Source: Camelus ferus
Lineage: Eukaryota
Direction of reading: 5' to 3'
Assembly (NCBI RefSeq): GCF_009834535.1
Contig: NC_045696.1
Location: 74,092,001-74,156,000 of the forward strand
DNA: 64,000 bases
Shown: positions 52,686 through 64,000 of the stretch, piece after piece
How the letters are laid out: the number at the start of each line of letters is the position of its first letter
How positions within the stretch are numbered: the stretch's first letter is position 1
Program-made: the position numbers and the translations under genes
Notes under the pieces: model-generated
Seen by the model: the letters and a program-made list of their open reading frames with translations, nothing else
What the model was told of the DNA's origin: nothing
Databases searched by the model: none

Positions 52686-53739
52686 AAAGTTAACTATGTG
52701 AGGTGACAGATATGTTAAACTAATTTTATTGTGGTGATCATTTCACAATACATATGTATATCAATTTATCAAGTTGTACATCTTAAGTTTATACAATTTA
52801 TTTGTCAATTATATTTCAATAAATCTGGGGAAATATGAGTAAAAATGAAAAAAAAATTAACCCCCTGGAAATAAATAAAATAGAATAGAATTTAAGGCTA
52901 GAGATATAGATTTGGGAGTCTTTAGGACATTAGTGGTATCAAAAGCCATAAGGCTAGATGAGACCATGAGGGAGTGAGTATAAATAGAAAAAAATGGGAG
53001 GTTCAAAGACTGAGATGTGGCGCTTTCCAATGTTTAGGTGGTGGGTTGATGAGGAGAAAACATAAAGGAAACTGAGAAGGCACTTCCACAGACAGGGAAG
53101 AACAACCGGGCTAGTGTGTCCTGGAAGCCAAGTGAAGAATGTGTTCAGTGAGGTGGACTGATGGCCTCTGTGAAATAGTGGTCAAGAGAAGTACAGTGAG
53201 GATTGGGAAATAACCACTGTATTTAGCAACATGGAGGCTGTTGGTGACCTTTCAATTTCAGTGAAGTAATGGGGCAAAAAGCATGATTTGAACAGACTCT
53301 AGAGAGAACAGAGAAGGAGTCATTGAGGGTAAAGAGTATAGACAAGGAGAGGAGGAGTTTTGCTCTAAAAGAAAACGAGGTGATTGCTGGAGGCAGAAGT
53401 GGACTGTAAAAGGACTTTTAAGATGAGAGATGTTTACATGCCACTGAGCAAGAGAAAAACTGATGACACAGGAAAGAGAGAGGAACAACTGAAGCAGTGT
53501 TCTTGAGTAAGCAAGAGGGGATTAGATTTGGTGCACAAGTGGGGTGGTTGGATTTATCTAAGAGCGTCAATAGTTCTTCCAAATTAACAGGAGAGAAGGC
53601 AGAGTATACAGGCATAGGTGTTGATAAATGGGTTGATGTGCTGGGGGCTTGTGCAGGTTCACTCCTGAATACTACAATTTTCTCAGGCAAATAGAAAGCA
53701 AGGTCATCAGCTGGAAGTGGAGTATTGAAAACGTTAAAA

Positions 53740-53962
53740 TGTCCCCTTTTCATCAAGCTATCTAAAACTAAGCTCCCTGAGCACTTGTCATTAGCATACT
53801 ATGTATTTTGCTGACTTATGATGTGTATCGTCTATCTCCCCATCAGAACATGAACTGCATGAGAGGAGAGTTTTCTGTCTAATTTAGTTACTGCTGTAAC
53901 CACAGAACCTAGAATACTACCAGGTAAATAGGTGTTCAGTAAACAGTTGTTAAATTAATTAA
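53740..53962 (+). mobile_element. L2 3' end
   Basis: 'tctatctccccatcagaacatgaactgcatgagagg...agaacctagaatactaccaggtaaataggtgttcagtaaacagttg'. Confidence 0.75.
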
Positions 53963-54758
53963 GGGAAGAATTTTGTGATTATTAGACTTGGAGTGGATTG
54001 GGCTCTTTAATATGAAAACAAAGGAAGTATCTTTGTATCATATAAGAGCAACTACAAAAGCTATGGGACTTGGGGAGCATATTATCCTAATAGTGAGGGG
54101 AAACTGGGCTGCTGAGTGGTTTGAAGGAAAGGGGAAGAAAAATAAGGTTTGTTTCTACCGGCACACTCCTGAGTCCAGCTCATTCAACAAACTGATTATA
54201 ATATTTCTGATGTTTCAGGAAAGGGAGTATCTTCACCTGCCTGAAAGCATTCTAAAGTTTGGAGAAAATAGTTTCGACTGCTTGTGGGTTAGACAGTTAT
54301 GAATATTGAGTCTCTTTTTCCACAACATATAGCAAAGTCTTCAGGTTTAGCATTTGACAATATAACAAATTGCAGGACTGGTGGCTAAAGGGAAATGAGT
54401 CTTAGTAAAACATTAACATCCATGGTTATGTGGCATACTTTTTGGGCTCCATTTATTTCTCTGCCAAAATCCAGCCCACACTGCAGTAACTTATACAGAA
54501 ACATGTTTTGAACATAGCTATGTCAGTAATAGTATCCAGTTACATAAAAATATTTTTAAAATGCATAAAGTGACAAGACATCAGGATAGTCAGGGGATAT
54601 ATGAAATGGAGTCATAGACAGAAATTCTTGGCATATGTTAATAATGTATGACCATGCATTCATCTTAAAAAAATTACCTTTTTGTTGGCAGTGTACAATC
54701 GTGGATTAATAGAAAAGAGAGCTAGGCAAGGGTATCAAGCAGACTCAGATTTGAATCT

Positions 54759-55947
54759 TTATCAGTCAGGTTGAATTAGGAGCAGAGAAACCAATCCTGG
54801 AGCTTCCTTCCTTCTTCCTTTTTCTTTCTTTCTTTTTTTTAATGCTAGAGTTTTAATGCAGAATATTATTTGCACAGGTGATGAAAGCGCTGAGAAGCTG
54901 ATAGGAAAGGGAGCAGGGCAGGCAACTCAGAGATTAGCAAGAACAAGAAGCAACAACCCCTAAGGCTAAAGCAGCAAGGAGGAGGTGGATTGTCAGAGCC
55001 CCAGACTGAGGCCATTTAATGGGAACTAGAACTACAGCTAGATCCATTAGACTGGAGGCACCAAGTTGCTGGAGCTGCTTCTGGAAAAGTTAGCTCAGGC
55101 AAAGCGAGAGAGGGAGGACTATCTTGTCTACTGTTCTCTGGCCTCCTAATCTGTTACTGATCCGAACTTGGATCCACTCTCCCAATGTGCAGCTAAGCCA
55201 ATCTACTGACATTGGCTGCTGGTGTACATTTATTTGCAGGGCACCCATCAAAGAGAATGGGCAGATAGTGCTCAAAAGACCCCGATGGTGTTTTTAAAGA
55301 CAATTTAGGGGTGAGAGCTGCAGAGTATGGGATCAGCTCATGGACATTCTTTTGATTGGCTGGTGGTGAGGATAACAGAGTGATGTTTGAGGAATCTTAA
55401 TCATCAGCTCTCTGGTTCCAACCAGTCTGGGGTCTGCTGCTTGTGGTTAACACGTAGTCACCATCTTCCACTAGGTGGAAGTCTTAGTTTCTGCAGAACA
55501 ACTCAAAGATATGCATCAGATTGTCATCTATTTCCCTTCAGGAGGAACTTGGAGTCCTGTGACTCTACTGTTCTAATCTTTAACTTCTTGAGTCTTCTCT
55601 TTGGAACTTGGGGAAGGCCAGACAAGAAGTGGGGGACACAGAGGGGCTTGTACCTGGGAAGACCCCTCAGGGTTCTGCTTGGTTCAGCCTTCCCCTTTTT
55701 TTGGATACTCCTCAATCCTGAGGGGAGCAGGGGCTGGACAAGAAAGGGAATAAAGTTTTGGATAGAGAGGTTAAGCATAAACTTGGTAGGGGGACTCAGT
55801 TTCTTCTCCACCATGTACCGACCCTCCCACTCCTTCGCTGAATATATCCAGAAGCCATAATAGAGGAACCTGGGAATTGCAGTTTCCTCTTGACAGCAAG
55901 GCAGAGAATGTATCTGAGAGCAAAGAAAGAGCTCAAAAATTCTGCTC
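54759..55947 (-). mobile_element. Old LTR (LTR78-like), interrupted at ~55152-55803
   Basis: 'caggtgatgaaagcgctgagaagc...gcaactcagagattagcaa...gaagc'; resumes as 'ccagaagccataatagaggaacctgggaattgcagtttc'. Confidence 0.55.
55152..55803 (-). mobile_element. ERV1-type 3' LTR (55152-55686) plus polypurine tract and ~115 bp of internal sequence
   Basis: TG...CA ends. The minus strand reads aaaaaaaggggaaggc|TGAACCAAG (PPT abutting the LTR start), and 'tttatt' at ~55229 is AATAAA on the minus strand. Confidence 0.75.
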
Positions 55948-57309
55948 AGTCTCTCTTTAGCTGTGAGTCCTTGAGTGATTGCTTTAACATGTAGTCTTGT
56001 TTCTTCATCTGCAGTATGAAGGATACCTACCTATAGGAGTTTTGTGATTCCAAATGCAATAATGTTTATACAGTGCCTGGTTCGTAGTAGAAGCTCAAGA
56101 CATCTTTTTCCCCTTCCCCGTTTAGAAATATTTCTCAAAGCATTGTTTTCCTAGAAAGATAAAGAAAATAATGATTCTGAAGAGAATTTGGCCACCAAGT
56201 CTTATCTTTGGCTCTGCTTTAATTTCAGTAGTCTTTATCAAAAGTGGCACAGAACCCAAAGCTGACTCAAAGTGAGCAGTTCTCAAAGATCACATTTATC
56301 AAGAATTGTATCTTTGAAATCTTGGTCACTTCCAGGTCCATTAATAAGATAGTAGTTGTAGTAATGACCATAAAAATCAATGAGCAAGTGTTTCTAGAAG
56401 AGACTAAGGTCAATAGTCTTTATTCCTTGCTCCTAAAATAGGATGTTTTAATTTTTCATAAAATTCTTGAAAGAGAGGGTTTTTAATGGCTACACTAAAA
56501 TCTTAAGGGAGACCTATCTCTAGACCGTAAAACCACTGTCAAGGTTAAGAATCGTGTTCACAAAAGTGTGCATTAAGAAACATAATAAAACCTCATTTAT
56601 TTAGTTTGTTCTAATTTGAAATTTAGGATAACTTTCTCTTGGAAAGATTTAAGTTCCTGCTGAAGGATCTGATTAATTTAATTCATAAGTTCTTACTAAG
56701 TCCTTACGTTGCCTCTGACCCTGGGCTAGGCTGAGAACTACAAAGTCACCATACTTGTTAGTCCCTGCTTTCAAGGCATTCCTCAACTTTGATAAAAAGT
56801 TTTGTGTAAGTTATGAGTCAGGAAGCAATCTTAATCTATTTAATAAAAAGCTTTAAGTATGCAAATCGTATGACTCACTACAAATACTTTTTATTTCTTC
56901 ATTGAAGTAGGCTGTGAACTCTTACTTTGCTTAGAGTGTTAATTCATTGCAATAGAATGAGCAACACTATTTTTAGCAGATAATCCTGGAATCAAAATCT
57001 GACTATACCAGAGTGATTTTAGACAAGCCATCAACTTGTGAATAATGACATCTGCTCTGTGTCATTTCCATGGCAGGTAACTAAGGAAATATGTGAGAGG
57101 GTTTGTCCCACCACCTGGTTCTACATTCAGAAATATTTGATTTACATTCTTCCCTTCTCTGGGAAATGCTCTACCCTTTTGTGATCAATTCTAGTTATCT
57201 GGTCACCGGACAGTACTAAAAATGATTTTAAAATATTTCTATGTTTTAGAATTATTAATAGTCAGGGTTGCCTTATCCAGAATTTATTTGAATTAAAAAC
57301 AGTTTTCTT

Positions 57310-58420
57310 TTGTGTTTTTAACTTATATATAAGAAAGCATAATTAAGGGGACTCTTTTCTCCTGATAACCAGACTATTATAGGAATTTAGGAACTAGAGG
57401 AAAGTTTATGGATGCAAAATAATTTTTCTTAACTTCATTCCTTAGAAGTACCACTGCTATCTTTTTGGTGTATTTTTCCTTTAATCTTTTAATCAACAGT
57501 TTTCTTTATATAATTGAAATGATACTGTATATATCATATGCATTTTGGTATCTCATTTTGGGTGGTGATTTTATATTATAAGCATTTCTCCTGTAATTAA
57601 ACACACTGTAAAGCACTATGTTTCATTGTAGTGTTAAAAAATAAAATCCAACCAAGTAAATTTGAAGATCTAACTGACTTTATTCAATGAATTGGGCAGC
57701 ATCCTGTCTAACAAGTAAAAAGGAAAAAGCTCTGAGGAGCTGTACAGAGTGGAAGGTATAGGCACAAAGGGGATGGGACAAAGAAATCATAAACAAAAGG
57801 AAGAATTATTTCCAGCAAGCTGACTTCCCTTAAGGGTAAGGGCAGGGGTCTCTCATGCAGATTACCTCAATAGTGCTGATCAGGTAATTTCAATTGATTG
57901 GTTAAAGGTCACATTCCTAGGAATGGCTGAAATTGCAATTAAGTTTTGGTTTGCTGTCATGGAACTTAGCACAAGTGACTCCATTTGGGTCCTATTGTTT
58001 CTTTTTTAACAGTAGAGATATATCACAATTTAAGGGGATTAATTATTTCGTTAACTCTGGTCCCCTTGCTTCTGTTCCATTTTCTTTATTATAAATAACA
58101 CTGTAAACACAGGTCAGTGCATAAATATATCCACATTGTTGGATTATTTCATGAGAATGGACATCCAGTAATATATTTACAGGGCAAACTTTATAAACTT
58201 ATTAAAAGCACTTTCTAAGAAGTACTGAACTGAGTGTATCAGCAGTAGTTGAGGTATTATAATCATCTTAAGTGTTTAACCTAGGAAAGAAAATAATGTA
58301 TATTATTTTAACTTTCAGCTGTTTAAATAATAATGAGATTGGGTATTTTCTAATATGTGAGCACGTTAGGAAATAATGAGTTAGCCATTTGAATTTCTTC
58401 TTTGGCAAACTGCTTGTGAA
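57310..58420 (-). mobile_element. Ancient L1 (L1ME-type) fragment split by a solo LTR
   Basis: 'aattgaaatgatactgtatatatc', 'ttccattttctttattataaataacactgt', 'ttagccatttgaatttcttctttggcaaactgc'. Confidence 0.55.
57632..58011 (-). mobile_element. ERV1-type solo LTR, 380 bp
   Basis: Perfect 10-bp inverted termini TGTTAAAAAA...TTTTTTAACA, exact 4-bp TSD gtag (57628-57631 / 58012-58015), and minus-strand AATAAA at 57679-57684. Confidence 0.88.
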
Positions 58421-58434
58421 AGAGCAAATTTTTT

Positions 58435-58930
58435 TTCAGTTCCATTCACTAAATATTTCTTGGGCATTTTCCATGCTCCAGATGTTGAAACAACAGGAGT
58501 TGCTGTATAGAGATGCATAAAATGCAATCCCTATCTTCAAGGAATTCTAAATATAGAAGGAGAGAAGGAAAAAAAATAGTGTCATAAGATCAACGACAGA
58601 AACAGAAATGGTTTGCAGTTAGAATAGAAGAAGGAGTGATTCATCTTTGAGACTACGGAAGTTTTTGAAGGATGAATAGAAATTTTCCAGGTAGATAATT
58701 AAGGGAAAGGCTTTTCAATACAGAGTTAAAAGCATGGACAAAACTTGGAAGCATGGAGGAGCAAATATTTGGTAAGTAGAAGTAGTTAGCAACAGGAGTA
58801 TACAAGAGAGGATGCAGTGGGCAGATGAAGGTGGGAAGATGGAGAAGTTTGCAAGAAGCAGCTTGTGATGAAACTCATATTCCACACTGAGCAGTGTGTC
58901 TCGACCCTGAAGGTGATATGTAGCCTCTGA
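58435..58930 (-). mobile_element. L2 fragment
   Basis: 'aatccctatcttcaaggaattcta...tttgaaggatgaatagaaattttccaggtaga...agcatggacaaaacttggaagcatgg'. Confidence 0.7.
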
Positions 58931-59599
58931 ATTCAGCCTTTTTATCTGATAATTTATGATTTATAACTAAATAAGAGGTTGGCCATTTAAGCTTTTTTAA
59001 TATCTTGTCTGTAAGTTAGAACAATCTGTTTATATTTTTGCTGTGCTAAACATGGTATGGAAAAAACAACACCAATTATGTGATGTTACCTTGGAGACAT
59101 GAAAATTATTTTAGGAAGCAGACTGATTGCCTTGTTCATAGATCAATCCCACCAGGGCCCAATTATTTCGCTCATATCACACACATGTTTATCTACTTAG
59201 TTCTGGGAAACTGTGAACCTTTCCATGCGACAGCAAAATTGTATGTATTTTAACACTGTCAGGCAATTTTCATTGCATCCATATCTTTATCAAGCCATCA
59301 CATGACATTCCTTTTAGGGATATAATTAAACCAAATTTCCCTTTTTATATGTTAAATTTTAAAAATATAGATATTAATTTGACAGCTAACCCTCACCTTC
59401 CCCCTGAAGGTCAAGGAGTCCCAACTAGCCTCAGGCCACACTAGGTAGGGATCCTCTGTGCTGCTCTAGTTCTGTCAGCACTGCAAACACAACCACAATT
59501 GGCAAGTGAGCGTTGGATGGCAGATGTCCAAGGAATTATTTAAATAACAACTGAGGGTTAAGCCACTTCTACGCACTTCTTAAAAATAAACTTAAAAAA

Positions 59600-60570
59600 A
59601 TTTTTTGACTGAAGTACCATACATACAGAAAAATACACATAAGTATACAGCTAGATGAATTATCACAAATAAGCACCTCATGTAAGTCACAAAATAAAAT
59701 ACTACCAGCACCCCAGAAGCACCACTCACATCCTCTCATATCCACTCATAACATAGCAGTCATTATTCTGATTTCTAATAACATAGATAACTTTTCTCCT
59801 TTATTTTTTATTATTGTTTTGTATCTGTCATTTTCCCCCCTCAATCCATTAGTCCAATAAACCATGCTGTAAATATACTGCAATTTCTAAATTTACATTT
59901 TTTAGAAATAAACTTCAGGAATATTTTCAGTTTAGGGCTATTACAAATAATGCTGCTATAGACATACTTATATATAGTTTTTGGAGTGAATATGTGTGCA
60001 TTTCTACTGCATATATATATATAGGAGTGGAATTGCTAAACCATACACTGGCATATATTCACAATGTACTAACAGATAATACCAAACAGCATTCCACAGT
60101 GGTTGCACAACTTTTGTTCTTACCAGCAGTGTATGTATCTGCACTTCATCCTCACCAACACATGTTGTTATCAGTCGTTTTAATTTTAGCCCTTCTGGAA
60201 GGTGTGTGATGTTGTCTCACGTGGTTTTAGTTTTCATTTCTCTGATGCCTAAACTGAACATCTTTTCATACATTTATTGATTCTTTGCATATCCTTTTTA
60301 GTGAAATATTTGTTCAGGTGTCTTGTCCATTTTTTATTTCATCATTTACCCTTTTACTTATTGAATTGTGAGGGTATTTTATACATTCTGGATACTAGCT
60401 CTTTGCCAGTTACATGTTCTGAAAATATCTTCTCCCAGTATGAGATTTTGTCTTTTTCTCACTCTTTATGATGTCATTTGATGAACAGAAATTCTTAATT
60501 TTAATGTAGTCTAATTCATCAGTCTTTTCCTTTTGTGGTTAGTGTATCTTGTACTGTCCAAGAACTCTTT
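59600..60570 (-). mobile_element. Old L1 (L1ME/L1MD-type) 3' end and ORF2 C-terminus
   Basis: 'gaagtaccatacatacagaaaaat...ccagcaccccagaagc', 'ggagtggaattgct', 'catcctcaccaacac', 'tgatgaacagaaattcttaattttaatgtagtc'. Confidence 0.8.
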
Positions 60571-62379
60571 TTACACCCTGTCTGTGTACTTTGCAAGAAA
60601 TTACTGAATGCTTTCTGCCCCACTCCAGAAATTTTACTCACTTTCTTTGCTGTTTGTAACCAATGGGAGATTAATACAGGCAAGGTATTTTTGAGGTATA
60701 GGAGCACTTGGGTCTGCACAAATTCACATCAGTTTTTTTTCTTTAAAGGCTTTTTTTGTGTGTGTGAGCTCAATCTTCTGGAGAACCAGGGACTCTCTGC
60801 AGTCATTTGGTCTATTAATACCAGCCTCTCAACCTGCCTCAGGGTGAAACCAGACACCTTTAATCATATCTGATTGTCTCATCTTCCTCTTGAGGAAGGA
60901 GGGGATGAGTAAAGGGTTTTGCTTATCCAGAGTAAATTCATATAGAGGTCATCTTTCACTGTCTCACTGTCAGTGGGGTATGCAAGACAGGCAGCAAATA
61001 ACAAAATCACGTCCAAGAAAAAGCATCAAGAATGTTAATCCAGGGGACCATATCCATTTCTGTCTTCAGAGAAAGGTGGGCCTGGGTTGAATATCAGTTC
61101 ATCAGTAACCTTGCTGAAGAACTGGAAGGTGGTCTGGGCCAACCAAGATGGAGTGGCTGTTTCAATGACTGCTTTAAGTATGTTTCTGGAACAAGTCCCT
61201 TGAGTAGAACAATGCCATGGAACATACCTGAAGTACTCGTTATCAGCCATATTTCCCACATATTTTCTTTCTTTACGTGTTAGACATTCCTATATCAATA
61301 AACTCCTCTTAAATTTAATCTACTAATTGTAAACATTACCATAATCTTAATGATGTATAAGTTCCTTTCATAATTTCCCATAAACAAGAAAGTGCTTTTT
61401 ATTTCTGAGTGTTCTATTTATATCAAGCATTGTGTTTCCCTAAGTGCAGCAGGGAAGTGTGTGATTCTTTTTTCCTTCTTCGTTAGAGATTGCTATTTAT
61501 AGCCTTCAAGGGATACTAACACAATTTCTGCTCAGAGAGGAGGAGGCCAAGGAGTCTAAAATAGCTCTGCCTTTCCCTGCCCTCAGTCTTGCCCAGAATG
61601 TTGTTCCTCTTGGGGGACATGAGGTCCTGTAATCCTTCCTGGCTGTAGTTGGCAGTCATTTTCCACATATGTAGCTAAGTATGTGTATCTTCTGTGTGTT
61701 TTATCGGGTGAAAGTCAGAGCCTTTAAGAGTCCGTGGGCCTTCAAAAGAAAAACAGATCAAGGAACTGTTTGGTATTGTTGGTTACAATGTTCGACCAAC
61801 CGCTCCTTGTACTTCTCATTCTCATTCCCGTAACTTCCTTCCCCCAAGATTTATTCATTTCCTTTCCCCAGTTACAGCTTTGGGCACCTCTTGACATCAG
61901 CTAGTGTCCTTTTGTTATGGACTTTGGCTGCTCTTGAAACCTTGCCTCTTGGATTACATGTGCTGCCTACTGTTTCTTTTGATGGTGGAATCTCTCTACT
62001 TACAGGCAAGTGAGTTTCAAAAATGCCATCTACCTGTGTTGCTGGGATGGAACTCAAATACTTCTTTCCCATCAATCCCCACTTGCTTCTCTACCACATT
62101 CTCTCCTAAGTTCTACTGACCTGTTTTTAGGTTTCTAAATCTCTCCCCAACTCCCTCCCCTTCCTCCATCTGCCTCTTCTCTTGGTGATGGAGACCAGCC
62201 TATTTGCTTGGAACCCTTTCTGTCTCCATCCCCTCTTGTCGTATGCTACTTATAATTAACCCTCACAACTCCTTTCAGGCATCAAGCTTCCTAGGAAGCT
62301 TTTGTAATTGCTTTTCTAACCAAATCCTGGTCACCTAAGTTGTTTTAGAAGCTTTTTCTATGGCTCCCCATAGCTCCTT

Positions 62380-62562
62380 ATGTGTACCCCAACTTGGCAC
62401 TCCTCAGGCTCTGTTTAGTTATATGTCTACTCATCTGTCTCCCAGACCAGACTCTAAGTTCCTTGAAGTCAGGGATCCCATATTTTTCTTTGATGGGTTC
62501 CCAACTTCTGTGCCAATGCTTGACACAGCTAACAAAGTATATTAATTGATTGTTGAGTGATG
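62380..62562 (+). mobile_element. L2 3' end
   Basis: 'ctgtctcccagaccagactctaagttccttgaagtcaggga'. Confidence 0.65.
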
Positions 62563-63139
62563 ACCTGAAGCTCTGAAATACAGCCGAATGTCTTACAGAT
62601 GAATGCTGAACTCTTTCTAATTAATTTGTAATTTCATTTTGGACCTTTTCAAAAATTTCCCCTCAAGACTCTACTAATACTTTACCGTATACATCCTAAC
62701 AGAGGAAGAAATTGGCTTATTTTTTAGCCTTATTAATAGAGAAAAACATTAATTTTGTTTTCTGCTAATTTCAAATTTGTGAAAATTTAAATAAGGACTG
62801 AGCTCAAGCTTAACAAATATGTTTCAAAGATGGTACAATTTAATCTTGTAGGCAAGAATGTTTAAATTATTCAAGGAAACAAATATTTAAATATTAATTT
62901 AGAAAACAAATTCATATGGTGCTTATCAGTCATTCTCATATAGTTATTAATTTTATAAATTATAAATATAAAATAAAATTTATAGAATAAAGAGGGAGAC
63001 CAAAGACTTCTGCTAAGTAACGTTTTCTTTTTAGCTGTTAGCTGATACCCTTGAAAACAACAGAACAACCTCAGGATGTTTCAGAACATGTCAGACAACA
63101 TGAAAAGATTTCAACCAGTTCATGATAATGAATCTTGTA

Positions 63140-63312
63140 AAGAGTAGATCTTTAAAGCCAGAAGCTCTCTTCCGCTAGCTACTTGCATGACTTTAAGCAA
63201 CTTAATCTCTGTAAACCTCAGTTTCCTCTTTTGAAAAATGTAATTGCCCTAACAATAGTGACTAATGTAATCCTTGGCTCAGCATGCCACTCAGTGCTAG
63301 TAGATATTATTA
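63140..63312 (+). mobile_element. MIR fragment
   Basis: 'catgactttaagcaacttaatctctgtaaacctcagtttcctcttttgaaaaatg'. Confidence 0.75.
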
Positions 63313-64000
63313 TACTAAACTGATCTAAATTAATGAGAGTACTTTATGCCTTCGAAGTTTTTCTTGTACTTCCTGATAATGACTGCAATGATATTCTTTT
63401 CAAGGTAGGAGGAAGATAAACAGTATCTTTTCGTTTTTAAGCATTAGAGTCCATGAAATGTTGATTTGCCCCATGAGTAGTCATCTGTTGCTGTTACTGT
63501 TTTGCTTTGTTTTTAATCTAACTGTAACCCTAACCCTTTCCTCTGGGAAACTCCTCTCTATATGGGGTAGATGGATTGAATCCAAGCAACTCCCCTTACC
63601 CACAGATCTGAGCTCAATATCCAGATTCATTCAACACGAATACTGTATCTCCCTCCTTCCGTGGTAGATTCATAATCCAAACAGGGCCAATCAGAGCCTC
63701 ACTATTAGGTGATACAGGGACAATGGGAGAAAGTGAGACTTTCTTCCTCTCAGATCAAGAGCTATGAGAATACCATAAACTAGAGCTGCTTTCACCCATC
63801 TTCTTTGGCTACATGGAAGGGGCCATCTGAAGGAGAAGAAAGTGAGATCAAAATATAAAACAGAGAATAATATGGCGCCGAATCAGAAATGAACATAGAC
63901 GAAGCTCTGCCTTTGGAATTGGAGGATCTGGAATTTAGATCTGATTGCATCAAATACTACTGTGTGACCCTCAAAATTTTTTTTCAGTTCTTTAAATGGT

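Larger units (their letters stand above)
50932..52888 (+). mobile_element. 5'-truncated, internally deleted L1 (L1MA9-like) with TSD
   Basis: ORF 51992-52336 'VFNKWCWESWISTCKRMKL...WDYIKLKS'; exact 11-bp TSD aatttaaggct at 50921-50931 and 52889-52899. Confidence 0.92.
50780..53720 (-). mobile_element. L2 (ORF2 region) split by an L1 insertion; pieces 50780-50931 and 52889-53720
   Basis: ORF 53418-53756(-) 'LPADDLAFYLPEKI...FSPVNLEELLTLLDKSNHPTCAPNLIPSCLLK' resembles L2/CR1 ORF2 upstream of the RT; the L2 text is continuous across the L1 TSD. Confidence 0.85.
54688..56100 (+). mobile_element. MIR split by nested LTR insertions (head ~54688-54758, tail ~55948-56100)
   Basis: Head 'agcagactcagatttgaatc'; tail 'tagctgtgagtccttgag...tttcttcatctgcagtatgaagg...cagtgcctggttcgtagtagaagctcaa'. 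Confidence 0.7.

Noticed and set aside
55387..55860. Longest ORF in the track (157 aa) and its antisense partner
   Set aside because: It lies within an ERV LTR/PPT and crosses into another repeat, starts at TTG, and has no recognisable domain.
63525..63537. (TAACCC)2 telomere-like motif
   Set aside because: Only two units, which is expected by chance.
63872..63882. tggcgccgaa resembling a tRNA-Lys primer-binding site
   Set aside because: The match is short and imperfect, no LTR end lies upstream, and the context looks like a decayed MIR head.
1..64000. Prokaryotic-type systems (CRISPR, operons), NUMT, tRNA/snRNA/rRNA copies, CpG-island promoter
   Set aside because: None seen. The sequence is mammalian repeat-rich DNA with no long ORFs, repeat-spacer arrays or CpG-dense region.

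Overview
This is AT-rich, CpG-depleted placental-mammal DNA, probably intergenic or deep intronic. The youngest L1 3' UTRs look cetartiodactyl, possibly camelid, and I saw no Alu, B1/B2, Bov-tA/BovB, PRE1 or Can-SINE. Much of the window is decayed interspersed repeats: L1 of several ages, L2, MIR, MaLR/ERVL/ERV1 solo LTRs, and hAT and Tigger DNA-transposon fossils. Several are nested, some with readable target-site duplications (TSDs). I found no recognisable protein-coding gene, RNA gene, CpG island or intact mobile element. The listed ORFs with recognisable protein similarity are L1 ORF1/ORF2 or L2 ORF2 remnants, and the rest look like chance. I did not find a convincing novel biological system. 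The best leads are weak: a phase-compatible pair of exon-like segments at 61070-62009, a SOX+CRE motif cluster near 27.9 kb, and a nested inverted repeat at 46957-47031. Repeat family names come from memory of consensus sequences. Boundaries without TSDs or terminal inverted repeats (TIRs) are approximate and need RepeatMasker/Dfam confirmation.
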